Positions 1 to 8,535 of a stretch of DNA of 64,000 nt are shown here, one piece after another. Source of the stretch: a virus (lineage: Duplodnaviria > Caudoviricetes); IMG/VR virus record IMGVR_UViG_3300044711_000095, positions 18,540-82,539 of that record; one strand, 5' to 3'. The notes beneath the pieces were generated by a model. That model was not told the origin of the DNA and did no database searches. It saw nothing but the letters and a program-made list of their open reading frames with translations. Made by a program: the position numbers and the translations under genes. Position 1 is the first letter of the stretch, and each line of letters starts with the position of its first letter.

Positions 1-65
1 GAGGCGTCCCGTCCAGGGACCAGCGACGCGCTCGGCGGCTGCGCGAACCTCCTCGGGCTCGCGCC

Positions 66-227
66 GTGAACCGGGCCGTGGGGTCCCTGTACGCCGCTGT
101 GTGGCGTGCGGGATGGCGGGTCGGGTACCACACGCGCCGGTTCCGTTCCCAGGCCGGTGCGGCCCGCCTGGAGTCGTACGACGACGTCCGTTCCCGTATG
201 GCCACTACCGACCGGAGGTCGCCGTGA
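66..227 (+). CDS. Hypothetical protein (53 aa)
   Basis: GTG start, MNRAVGSLYAAVWRAGW...; its stop overlaps the next GTG (GTGA). Confidence 0.5.
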   Translation: MNRAVGSLYAAVWRAGWRVGYHTRRFRSQAGAARLESYDDVRSRMATTDRRSP

Positions 228-379
228 ACCTGTTCGTCCTGATCCTGCTGGTCCTCGGCCTGGTCCTGTTCATCCTCGCCGGGTTCGGGGTCCCGTCCCG
301 GTGGAACCTGGTCGCGTTCGGCCTCGCGTGTTGGATCCTCACCGTCCTGATCGCCTCACCGATGGTGTCCGGGAAGTGA
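224..379 (+). CDS. Small two-TM membrane protein
   Basis: GGAGG RBS; MNLFVLILLVLGLVLFILAGFGVPSRWNLVAFGLACWILTVLI. Confidence 0.7.
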   Translation: MNLFVLILLVLGLVLFILAGFGVPSRWNLVAFGLACWILTVLIASPMVSGK

Positions 380-612
380 CCGGCTGGCGGCGGTCGGCGG
401 CGTGTTCGTCGTCGTCCTGTGTCGAAGTCCAGTTCGCGACGTCCACGTTCTCCGGCGGCGACAGGTGTGTCGCGGTTGGTGTCGACGGTGAACGGTGGCT
501 GGTCCGGGACTCGAAGGACCCGGCCGGGCCTGTCCTGACGTTCACGCCCACCGAGTGGGCTGCGTTCGTGGCGGGCGTGAAGGCCGGCGAGTTCGACCCG
601 CCGGCCGGTTAG
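376..612 (+). CDS. DUF397 domain protein
   Basis: WRRS..S....CVEV ... VRDSKDPAGPVLTFTPTEWAAFVAGVKAGEFD signature. Confidence 0.9.
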   Translation: MTGWRRSAACSSSSCVEVQFATSTFSGGDRCVAVGVDGERWLVRDSKDPAGPVLTFTPTEWAAFVAGVKAGEFDPPAG

Positions 613-710
613 ACCGTTCGGGCGAAGTTCCCGCGAGCCCACCACAGCAACACCCGCCGCACCCGTACCTTGAACGCGCCGGCCCGGCCCCCGACGGGCC
701 GGCAAGACGA

Positions 711-765
711 ACGCACCCCACCTGGTCGCCCTGCGCGGCCCGGGTGGGGTGCGTCTCGTTTTTGT
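711..765 (+). terminator. Intrinsic terminator
   Basis: ACGCACCCCACC / GGTGGGGTGCGT 12-bp inverted repeat followed by CTCGTTTTTGT. Confidence 0.7.
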
Positions 766-774
766 CCGCCGGAC

Positions 775-1608
775 CTAACCCCCGGGGTCCGTCGGCGGCG
801 GGTCCGTCGGCAACGGCACCGGCGGCGGATCGAACTCGCCCACGAACCGGCCCACCGCGGCCACCACAGCCCACCAGACGGCCTGGACGGCGTTCACCGG
901 CCGGGCTCCGCGCACACGCACCCCGGGAGGGTGCACAGGCGCCTGTGCCCGCCGGGGTTCGCGGCCCGGTACGTGAACCATTCGGGGTCCATCAGGAAAG
1001 CGAACCGGCGGTCAGCGGCCCGCAGCATCGCCTCGGTGACCGGCCGGGGCGTCGACCAGTCGACCGGCCCGGCGGCCCTCACCGGGCCACCAACCACACC
1101 ACGAGGGTGATCAGAGCGGCGGGCGACAGGGCCACCAGGTACGGCAGGGACCTCTGCCACGGCGACCGGTCGTAGAAACCCGACGAGTGCCGGCCCGCGG
1201 GGGTGCCGGGCGGCACCCATTCGATGGCGGACACGACCAGGCCGTCCGCCCGGCCCGTCAGCGCCTGGGTGCGGGCCCGGGCGGCGGCACGGGCAACCAC
1301 CACATCCACGTCGTCCACGGGCCGGTTCACAGGGCACGCGCCTGCTCCGCGAGCTGGGACCGCAACCGGGCCGCGACCCGCGACAAGGCCCGCAGGTCAC
1401 CGACCAGGGCCGGGTCCTTCCCGGACATCGCGGCCGACATACCCAACGTGGCGATCCCGGACGTGAGGACCGCGGCCATGTTGACCAGCTCCCGGGGGTC
1501 ACCGCGGTCCTGGGCGGGGTCCGGGTTGATGTCGAGTTCGGTCCGCTGCCGGGGCGTCAGGTCGGGGTACGCGGACAGGGGGGTCGCAACGAACGTGGTG
1601 GTGGACAT
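775..1608 (-). CDS. Four coupled small hypothetical ORFs downstream of rsr (1327-1608, 1079-1330, 894-1082, 775-897)
   Basis: Consecutive GTGA overlaps; plausible proteins, some with hydrophobic segments. Confidence 0.6.
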
Positions 1609-1758
1609 GGTCGGGGTCCGTTTCCGTGAGCGGGGGGATGCTGACCACGAGTTCATCGGCCCCCGCCGCGCGTTCCTTGAGCCCGAGGCGCCAGATGTCG
1701 CCCGGACGGCCGAATGCCCGGCCCACGGGAGAGGCCGGGCACTCGGTGAACCATCCTG

Positions 1759-3369
1759 TCAGGACATGAACGGCCAGTCCTGCGACCTGGCCCGCTCGAT
1801 CAGGGGAATCAGTCGGAAAGCAGCGTCGGTCAGGCCACCGAACGTGTGCCGGTTCTCCGCCCCGGCCGCACCGTGCCCCGGCCGGTACCCGCCCACGTTC
1901 CACGTGTACATGGGCACACCGGCAGGAACCGCAGAGTCCACCGAGCTGCCCGACTGCGACAACGCGGTCTGCTCATCTGTGATCACGATGACCCGGTCGT
2001 GGCCCTGGTAGTTCTCCACGATCGCCCGGGGCGTGTCCGTACCCGAGTCCATCCGGAACCGGCCCATCACCGCTAGGACGGCGTCACCCTTCCCGACCGG
2101 CACCCGGTAATGGGTGAACCCGTAGCCGACCAGGTCCGCTGACTCCGCGCGGACCGCGACCGCAGCGCCGAACAGTTTCGCCTGGTCCGCGAGGCTGATG
2201 TCCGACCGGTTCGAGGTCGAATAGTGGTAGCCGGGGAACATCGACGGGGACTGGTCGACGCAGATCAGCGTGCGGCCCGGCAGTGCGGGGACGTTCGTTA
2301 GGGAAGCGGTCAGCGCCTTCTCCAACGCGTGGCCCCACCGCAGGGACCCGACGGCTGTGTGCGCGGCGTAGTACCGGAACGGGAACTGCCGGGACCTCCG
2401 CACCTCGTCCGGGTCGCAGATCCTGGCGGCGACCTGCTCCGCGATGTCGTCGGGGACACCAGCCTGGTCGAAGTTCCGCAGGTTCCGGACCAACGCCATC
2501 GTTCCCATGCTGGGGATGACCCACGACCACGCCTCGGCGTCCATCCCGCCGGGGATCCATCCCGACAGCCACTCCCACGTCGCGCCGGCGTGGCCGAGCG
2601 CCCCGGACGGTCCACGGCCGTTCTCCCGGAGGATGTCCCGCCGGTGCTCGGCGGGGATGGACTCCAGCCACTGCCGGAACTCCACGGCAGGGAGTGACCC
2701 CGCCTCGATCCGCACGTCCCCGGCGTGGTGACGGCGGTCCAGTAGGTACCGGAAGAGTGCCGCCTGGGACGGGTCCGTTGGCTCCGGGTGCACCAGCTCC
2801 ACCACGTCACCCATCCGCCACTTCCCGCCGGTCCCGTCGTACTTGAGGGCCGCCCGCTCTGTGAACATCCGGGCTACCGCGTCCGCGACGCCACGCTTCA
2901 CCGGCTTCGGGACCGCCCGGCCGTACCGGTTCGTCCAGTACGCGAGCATCTCGGCCGGCTCGTCGGGCCGCTGCAACGCAGACGCGATGATCTTCCGGTT
3001 CGTGGTGTCCGACACGATCTGGGTGGTCAGCCGCTCCCGGACCGTCTCCGCCGCCAGCACCACCGCCGCGGACCGCATGTTCAGCTCGGCCCGCAGCCAC
3101 GGAACGAACCGGGCCACCCACTCGGGGTCCTCTCGGGTCACCTGACGGGCCAGGTCCACGAACCGGGAGTCCCGGACGGCCCCGGCCTCGTAGAACGTGT
3201 CCTCGCTGACCTTGTTCGCGGCGGCGAGGAGGAACAGTTCCGACTTCGCGTCCCGGACGGACCCGTGGCCGCCCTCGTGGGTGCGGGTGGCCGGGTCGGT
3301 GGTGGCGGTCACGGGCGACGTGATCCCGGCGGCGCCGAGGGTGCGGGTGGCGTTCGCGAACTTCGACAT
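1759..3369 (-). CDS. rsr: Ro60/Rsr TROVE-domain RNA-binding protein with C-terminal vWA domain
   Basis: RTHEGG..RDAKSELFLLA, LRAELNMRS, ALQRPDEPAEMLAYW, KPVKRGVADA, MALVRNLRNF, vWA DQSPSM and VITDEQ; GGAG RBS before ATG 3369. Confidence 0.93.
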   Translation of the reverse strand: MSKFANATRTLGAAGITSPVTATTDPATRTHEGGHGSVRDAKSELFLLAAANKVSEDTFYEAGAVRDSRFVDLARQVTREDPEWVARFVPWLRAELNMRSAAVVLAAETVRERLTTQIVSDTTNRKIIASALQRPDEPAEMLAYWTNRYGRAVPKPVKRGVADAVARMFTERAALKYDGTGGKWRMGDVVELVHPEPTDPSQAALFRYLLDRRHHAGDVRIEAGSLPAVEFRQWLESIPAEHRRDILRENGRGPSGALGHAGATWEWLSGWIPGGMDAEAWSWVIPSMGTMALVRNLRNFDQAGVPDDIAEQVAARICDPDEVRRSRQFPFRYYAAHTAVGSLRWGHALEKALTASLTNVPALPGRTLICVDQSPSMFPGYHYSTSNRSDISLADQAKLFGAAVAVRAESADLVGYGFTHYRVPVGKGDAVLAVMGRFRMDSGTDTPRAIVENYQGHDRVIVITDEQTALSQSGSSVDSAVPAGVPMYTWNVGGYRPGHGAAGAENRHTFGGLTDAAFRLIPLIERARSQDWPFMS

Positions 3370-3442
3370 GGCTGGTCTCCAGACGTGGGGAAGGGGGCCT
3401 GACACACGTATACGTCGGCCCCTTCACGTCACACTCATGGAT

Positions 3443-3580
3443 GCCCGAGGACCAGGTCGGCTCGACGGAATTTAGCGCTCTACCAACTGAGCTACGGCCC
3501 GGCCTAGACCGAACCGGCGGGACTCGAACCCGTGACCTCTCGAACCAGAATCGAAGTACCGCCGTGCCTGCGCACCGGGC
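3443..3580 (-). ncRNA. yrlA: YrlA-like Y RNA 1 (permuted tRNA mimic)
   Basis: Minus strand: 5' CGGUGCGCAG..UACUUC, T arm CGGG-UUCGAGU-CCCG, closed acceptor-like stem, D arm GCUC-AGUUGGUA-GAGC, 3' GGUCCUCG; flanked by a perfect 12-bp inverted repeat at 3436-3447/3576-3587. Confidence 0.85.
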
Positions 3581-3590
3581 ATCCATGTGT

Positions 3591-3698
3591 GTGCACGAGG
3601 ACCGTCCGGTCAGGGGATTGCAGGGATCGAACCCTGCGGTCGGACCCTGCGGCCCAACTTTCATGCCAGAAGTACCCCTGTGCCTTCGCACCGTGCAC
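3591..3698 (-). ncRNA. Y RNA 2 (T arm only, no clear D arm)
   Basis: 5' CGGUGCGAAG..UACUUC, GCAGGG-UUCGAU-CCCUGC hairpin, 3' GGUCCUCG, terminal stem GUGCACG/CGUGCAC. Confidence 0.7.
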
Positions 3699-3716
3699 GA
3701 ACTATTCAATTATGTG

Positions 3717-3856
3717 GGGCGCGCGAGGACCCCTGACGTTGAAGCTGACATGTCGGCTGCTCTGCCAATTGAGCTACGGAACCGTGTGGCCCCGACCGGA
3801 CTTGAACCGGCAACCCGCTGATTAGGAAGTAAGCCTCAACTACGCACCGCGCGCCC
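3717..3856 (-). ncRNA. yrlA: YrlA-like Y RNA 3 (permuted tRNA mimic)
   Basis: 5' CGGUGCGUAG..UACUUC, T arm CCGG-UUCAAGU-CCGG, acceptor-like CGGGGCC-ACAC-GGUUCCG, D arm GCUC-AAUUGGCA-GAGC, 3' GGUCCUCG; GUUGAGGCU/AGCUUCAAC stem. Confidence 0.85.
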
Positions 3857-3869
3857 TATGCAGTTAGGT

Positions 3870-3941
3870 GAGCGAGGACCGTGCGCCCGACCCGACGGGT
3901 TCTCTTAACAGGAGGAAGTAGGGCCAGGCTGCGCACCGCTC
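3870..3941 (-). ncRNA. Minimal Y RNA 4 (72 nt, no tRNA-like domain)
   Basis: Same 5' CGGUGCGCAG..UACUUC and 3' GGUCCUCG motifs; GAGCG/CGCUC terminal stem; pyrimidine-rich loop. Confidence 0.65.
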
Positions 3942-4117
3942 GATCCACAGAGAACCACAGCGGGCCGACAGTCGTCCACCGGGTACCCCCAGTTGGGCGT
4001 GCCATGGAGATTTGGTGCCGGGGGCTCAGGTCGGCCCAGTCGCTGGCCCCCGGCGGACGCATCCTGACCCTAAACGGTGCGGGCATGCAAGTGTCGTCGC
4101 TGTCCGTGTACGCCCGT

Positions 4118-4522
4118 TCAGCCGCCCGTAAGCACCCGCGCCTCGGGCCGGAACGGTGACCGCCGGGCCCGGAGGCCCCCCACGTGGTGGGCGACGGACC
4201 GCAGTTCGGCCTCGTCGAGGCCGTCGAGGATCCCGTGGTGTGGCGGGCACCTGTGGGGGACGGGGAACCCGAGGGTGTGCCCGACGTGCTCTACGGGGTT
4301 CCAGTCGTCCACGGCTTGTAGGGCGCGGATCCTGGCGAGGCACCGGTGGGTGTGGGGTGTTCGGAACCCGACGATCTGGGTGCGTTCGTCGAGGAGTAGG
4401 TCGAGGAGTTGGGTGGACAGCCCGGATTCGTCGGCGAGGGATGCGAGGTCGGGTCGCGGGCCGAGGCGGTAACGGAGCCACTGGTTGAGGGTCATGTCTT
4501 CGACTGGGGGAAGGGTCGGCAT
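4118..4522 (-). CDS. Hypothetical protein, possible HTH DNA-binding protein
   Basis: LASLADESGLSTQLLDLLL HTH-like segment. Confidence 0.5.
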   Translation of the reverse strand: MPTLPPVEDMTLNQWLRYRLGPRPDLASLADESGLSTQLLDLLLDERTQIVGFRTPHTHRCLARIRALQAVDDWNPVEHVGHTLGFPVPHRCPPHHGILDGLDEAELRSVAHHVGGLRARRSPFRPEARVLTGG

Positions 4523-4710
4523 GCCCTACATGGTCCGTGGATGTGTGGTTTCCGGCAAGCGTCCGTTCGACACGCCGCATGGGTGAACGTGTAGCCATCC
4601 GGCCACGCAGCGCAGTAACGTCGTCTGCACACACCACCCGCGGAACCACCCCGACCCTGTCGGACCCACGCGGGACCATCACCCCAACCAAACCCACCCG
4701 GGAGCACCCC

Positions 4711-4884
4711 ATGCCCTACACGAACGACGGCACCCCCGTGCCCTACGACCGCGACGACGTGTACGACCAGGACGCCGACCGACCCGTCGACCTCACCGAC
4801 CCCGACCGGGACCTGCCCGTCGACCCGGACCGGGACGTGTACACCGAACTGGCGTGGGCCCGTTCCCTGTGGGACACCAAGTGA
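4711..4884 (+). CDS. Acidic hypothetical protein
   Basis: GGAG RBS; Asp/Pro-rich 57 aa; GTGA overlap. Confidence 0.55.
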   Translation: MPYTNDGTPVPYDRDDVYDQDADRPVDLTDPDRDLPVDPDRDVYTELAWARSLWDTK

Positions 4885-5210
4885 CCGACCAGATGCTGGA
4901 CCGCGGCTACACCCCGTCCGTGACCGCCCAGATCCGGCGGGTCGCCACCCGGCTGCGGCTCCTTCGGACCCTCGAAGGGCTGTCCCTACGCGCCGCCGCC
5001 GAGAAATCCGGCACCCCCGCAGTCGTGATCGGCGCGTACGAACGGTCCGACCGGCTTCCCACCTTGGGGACCCTGTTCACGTACCTGGACGGGATGGGCT
5101 GGACGATCTGGGATGTCCTGCCCCCACCGCCCGGGTATGAGCGGTCCCTGACGAACACGGAGCGAGCTGAGGTGCTCGAAGCGGTCGCCGCGGACCTGAG
5201 GGCCCGGTGA
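4881..5210 (+). CDS. XRE-family HTH regulator
   Basis: LRLLRTLEGLSLRAAAEKSG..IGAYERSDRLPTLGTL. Confidence 0.85.
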   Translation: MTDQMLDRGYTPSVTAQIRRVATRLRLLRTLEGLSLRAAAEKSGTPAVVIGAYERSDRLPTLGTLFTYLDGMGWTIWDVLPPPPGYERSLTNTERAEVLEAVAADLRAR

Positions 5211-5320
5211 ACGCCGCGATGGCCGCCGCCCCGGGGACCGTGGGTGACGCGATCGGTTTGGCCGCGTTCGGGATCGTCATCACGTGGGCTGTCGTCGAGC
5301 TGTTGAAGGGGCTGTTCTAG

Positions 5321-5593
5321 GTGGCCCGCGGCGCGGCCCTCGCCGAGGACATCGTGTGGGTCTACCGGACCGTGGGTGGTGTCACCGCCCAACAGATCGC
5401 CGAGCGGCTCGGGATCCGGAGCGTCTCAACCGTGTACCGGGCCCTCGACGCGGCCGGCCTGTCGGACGTCGCTGGGACGCTGCGGTCGCGGGGGGCGGCG
5501 GCCAGCACCGGCGGATTCAACTGCGGGTCCGGTGTGTGCCCCAGATGTAACGGCACGTACAAGGCCCGGTACGGGACGAGGAGAGCAGCGTGA
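5321..5593 (+). CDS. HTH protein with C-terminal Cys motif
   Basis: TAQQIAERLGIRSVSTVYRAL; CGSGVCPRC. Confidence 0.7.
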   Translation: MARGAALAEDIVWVYRTVGGVTAQQIAERLGIRSVSTVYRALDAAGLSDVAGTLRSRGAAASTGGFNCGSGVCPRCNGTYKARYGTRRAA

Positions 5594-6423
5594 CGGAAAC
5601 GACAGCCTGGGGGATCACCCCCGAGCAGTACACGTACCTACGGCAGGCGATCAACCAGAACCGGGTCCGGGAACTGTCCGGGAACTCCCACCTGGAGGCG
5701 TGGGACGTCCGCAGGACCCTGACCCGAGTGTTCGGGTTCGGGGGCTGGGACGTGGAGACCCGCGACCTGGTCCTGGTCAAGGAGATCGAGATCCCTCCGC
5801 GTTCGGAGGGCGGGAAGTCCCGGTGGACGGTCGTGTACCGGGCTGACGTCCGGCTGGTCATCAAGGACGCCGCCGGGCGGGAGATATGCCACTTCGACGA
5901 TTCGGCGGCCGGAGATTCGCAGAACCAGCCGGTGGTCGGCGACGCCCACGACCACGCGATGAAGACGGCCCTGTCGCAGGCGTTGAAGCGGTGCGCGGTG
6001 AACCTCGGTGACCAGTTCGGCTTGTCGCTGTACGACAAGCGCCGGGTCGAGGGGACGTCGGTGGTAGGTGGCTCGCTGGTCCGGCCGGCGTCGGAGCCGA
6101 CGGTTACGGTGGAGGACGCCACACCGGTCACAGGCGGGGAGTTGGACGACAACCAGGACGTGGGCGACGCCCCCTACGAGGCCGTACCTGTCGCGCCCGT
6201 ACCGCCGCGTCCACCGGTGATGACGAAGGCCGAGCGGTCGGCGCTGCTCGACGCGATCATCATCGGCGCCGAATCGGTCGGAGTCAGCCGGTTGGACGCC
6301 GCGAAGAGGTTCGCCGACAAGTACGGAACCCAGATCGGTGAGGGTTTGAAAGCGGACCTGGAGGCGTTCCGGGACGAGTTCCGGGCCTTGTGGGTCGCCA
6401 AGCGACGGGAGAACGCGCAGTGA
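5590..6423 (+). CDS. Rad52/Rad22-family (Sak-like) single-strand annealing protein
   Basis: SHLEAWDVRRTLTRVFGFGGW ... HDHAMKTALSQALKRCAVNLGDQFGLSLYD. Confidence 0.88.
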   Translation: MTETTAWGITPEQYTYLRQAINQNRVRELSGNSHLEAWDVRRTLTRVFGFGGWDVETRDLVLVKEIEIPPRSEGGKSRWTVVYRADVRLVIKDAAGREICHFDDSAAGDSQNQPVVGDAHDHAMKTALSQALKRCAVNLGDQFGLSLYDKRRVEGTSVVGGSLVRPASEPTVTVEDATPVTGGELDDNQDVGDAPYEAVPVAPVPPRPPVMTKAERSALLDAIIIGAESVGVSRLDAAKRFADKYGTQIGEGLKADLEAFRDEFRALWVAKRRENAQ

Positions 6424-6995
6424 CCGATCCCTTGTTGGACGAGTTCGACGACCCGGAGTCGTGGGATGTCCCCGAAGACTGGACCGAGGACGCGGCGGTG
6501 GAGGTCGCCGACTTGGCGATGGCCACCGAACTGTCCCGGAAGTTGCGGGGCGTGGATCGTTGGCTGGCCGAGCTGGACGCTCGGGCCGAGGCGGAACTGG
6601 ACCGGCTGCAGCGGCGCGCGGTAGAGGTGTCCGCGCGGGCCCGGCGACGGCGGGCGTGGATCGTCGCCCAGTTGGAGGCGTACGCGCTGGATCGCCGGCA
6701 TCGGTACGGGGAGAAGACCACGGAGCTGATGTATGCGGTGGTGAAGACCACAGAGTGCGGCGGCGGGTGGACGGCCGACGAAGACGCGATCGACTGGGCC
6801 CGGTTCAACGCTCCGGAGCTGTTGGCGACCAACCCGAAACTGAAGATCGCCGACGCGAAGAACCGGCCCGGGTGGAAGGTCGATGGGGACAGGGTGTTGG
6901 ACGTCGAGACGGGCGAGTTCATCCCCGGCATCACGGTGGCACCGAAGGGCGTCAACGTGACCGTGAAGGTTCTCCCGGATGGGAGCGGTCGATGA
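6420..6995 (+). CDS. Gam-like host-nuclease inhibitor / Gp157-type coiled-coil protein
   Basis: Coiled coil, LEAYA, KT..L, DEDAIDW, VDVETGEFIPGITV; sits beside the annealase. Confidence 0.7.
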   Translation: MTDPLLDEFDDPESWDVPEDWTEDAAVEVADLAMATELSRKLRGVDRWLAELDARAEAELDRLQRRAVEVSARARRRRAWIVAQLEAYALDRRHRYGEKTTELMYAVVKTTECGGGWTADEDAIDWARFNAPELLATNPKLKIADAKNRPGWKVDGDRVLDVETGEFIPGITVAPKGVNVTVKVLPDGSGR

Positions 6996-7588
6996 CCGGC
7001 ATGCCGTGGCTGTTGGAGACGGACGTGGAGACGACCGGTACCGGTCGTGGTGTCCATGTTCTGGAGGTCGGGTTCCGGGTCCTCGACCGGGACCTGGAGG
7101 CCCTCGCGGAACGGGCGTGGGTGGTGCCGTACACCCCGCGTTGGGTCGCCGCGTTGCGGGCCCTTGCCGAGCCGGTGGTGGTGGAGATGCATGACCGTTC
7201 CGGGCTGTGGGTGGCGTGCGTGGAGGAGGCTCAGCGGGCCGACCGGTACGACCCTGCAGACAATGTGGACGAGTGGCTTGAGAGCCTCGTGGACGAGATC
7301 GCCGAGTGGGTCGCAGTGAACGCCCCGGGGAAGCTGCGGTTGTGCGGGTCGTCCGTCCACCACGACCGGGCCTGGCTCATCGATTTCGTCCCCGGGTTCG
7401 CCGACATGGTCCACCACCGGGTCGTGGACGTGTCCACGGTGAAGTCGCTGGTGGAGGAGTGGTGGCCGGAGTTGGCGCAGGGCCGGCCGGAGCCGAGGAA
7501 GACGCACCGGGTGCTCCCAGACATGGAGGACACGTCGGCTGAGTTGGCGTTCTACCGGTCCCGGCTGGCGCTGGCGGTGACCGAGTGA
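6992..7588 (+). CDS. orn: Oligoribonuclease-like DEDDh exonuclease
   Basis: TDVETTG, VVEMHDRSGL, LCGSSVHHDRAWL, HRVVDVSTVK, THRVLPDMEDTSAELAFYR. Confidence 0.85.
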   Translation: MTGMPWLLETDVETTGTGRGVHVLEVGFRVLDRDLEALAERAWVVPYTPRWVAALRALAEPVVVEMHDRSGLWVACVEEAQRADRYDPADNVDEWLESLVDEIAEWVAVNAPGKLRLCGSSVHHDRAWLIDFVPGFADMVHHRVVDVSTVKSLVEEWWPELAQGRPEPRKTHRVLPDMEDTSAELAFYRSRLALAVTE

Positions 7589-7911
7589 GCCAGATCCCAA
7601 GGTTCTCTTCCGACGCGGCGTTGAACGCCACGCTGCGGGCTCTCACGGAACGGGACGCCCCGCCGCCGGTGAAGACCCCACCGGCCCCGAAGGGACCCGA
7701 GAAGCCCCCGGAGCCGCCCCCCGCGCTATCCCTGGAGTGGGATCCGGCGCCACGGACGAAACAGGAAGCGATCGACCAGTTGGCGCGGGCGCGGCGGCGC
7801 GCTGAGCGCCTGTTCGCGTTCACGGTGGCGAACGCGCGCTGTTCGGCGTGTACCGCCCACCAGGCCGCCGCACGGGAGATCGTTCTGCGGCTCACCGGCC
7901 GGAGGATCTAG
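7585..7911 (+). CDS. Hypothetical protein
   Basis: Coupled ORF; CSAC motif. Confidence 0.6.
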   Translation: MSQIPRFSSDAALNATLRALTERDAPPPVKTPPAPKGPEKPPEPPPALSLEWDPAPRTKQEAIDQLARARRRAERLFAFTVANARCSACTAHQAAAREIVLRLTGRRI

Positions 7912-8177
7912 GTGGGAGCGGACTCCTACCGTGCGGGTGCGACACGGCTGCGGGATGCGCTCGTGGTGCTCGGCGCGGTCACGGGGCCGTGCGGGTTCTG
8001 CGGGCACCCGGACCAGCGTCACCGGTCGGCTGGGACTACTGGGACCGGGAAGACTCCAGGGCCGAGGTGTACGCCCTGGAGTTGACCATCGCTGTGTTGG
8101 CCGCTGACCCGCGCCGGCACGGCATCACCCGAGGCAAGGCCGCCGCCATCGACCGCGAGGTGTGGGCGGATCTCTGA
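7912..8177 (+). pseudogene. Probable frameshifted Cys/His-motif protein
   Basis: GGAGG+GTG frame gives PCGFCGHPDQRHR then nonsense-like sequence; coding-like sequence continues in another frame (VGWDYWDRED...) from about 8025. Confidence 0.4.
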
Positions 8178-8223
8178 ACCACGCGGGCCGACCCCGGTCC
8201 GTGAACGAAACCCAACCAACTGA

Positions 8224-8319
8224 GAGGAACACAACGCCCTCGCTGACGCCTACTGGACCCGCCGGGCGCACCTGTGGCTGCTGGCCATCGACGCCGAGCT
8301 GGATCAGATGACGAGGTAG
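8224..8319 (+). pseudogene. C-terminal remnant of a DEDDh 3'-5' exonuclease
   Basis: Startless frame EEHNALADAYWTRRAHLWL contains an ExoIII HNALADA motif. Confidence 0.5.
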
Positions 8320-8340
8320 CGACAACGACGGCTGCACAAG

Positions 8341-8390
8341 GCGCTCCAGTTGCCCGTTTCGGGTGGCTGGGGCGCCTTCCGTCGTTTTCC
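8341..8390 (+). terminator. Putative terminator
   Basis: GGCGCTCCAG...CTGGGGCGCC hairpin followed by TTCCGTCGTTTT. Confidence 0.5.
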
Positions 8391-8435
8391 GGGTCACCCG
8401 TTCGGGGCATCCTTCGCGTCGTCGCTCGTCGAGCC

Positions 8436-8464
8436 TTGCAACGTCACCGTCAAGGTGACATGCT
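8436..8464 (+). promoter_or_regulatory. Sigma70-type promoter with overlapping operator
   Basis: TTGCAA-N17-CATGCT; GTCACC-N5-GGTGAC palindrome at 8443-8459. Confidence 0.55.
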
Positions 8465-8535
8465 GGTGTGACAGGCCGCCCCGACCCACCAGAGCAGCCA
8501 CCACGCCCCCCACCGCCAACCCTAGGAGCCCACCC

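Noticed and set aside
3443-3856. Canonical tRNA genes
   Set aside because: T arm precedes D arm, there is no anticodon arm or CCA end, and the acceptor stem is closed by a loop; better explained as YrlA-type RNAs
3591-3941. CRISPR-like array from the recurring motifs
   Set aside because: Shared motifs are short and paired within each unit, unit lengths vary from 72 to 140 nt, and no cas genes are present
3949-3970. PafBC/RecA-NDp-type damage promoter (TGTCGG-N10-TTCTCT) 7 nt before Y RNA 4
   Set aside because: The -10 lacks the essential A (TT instead of TA); position is suggestive but not enough
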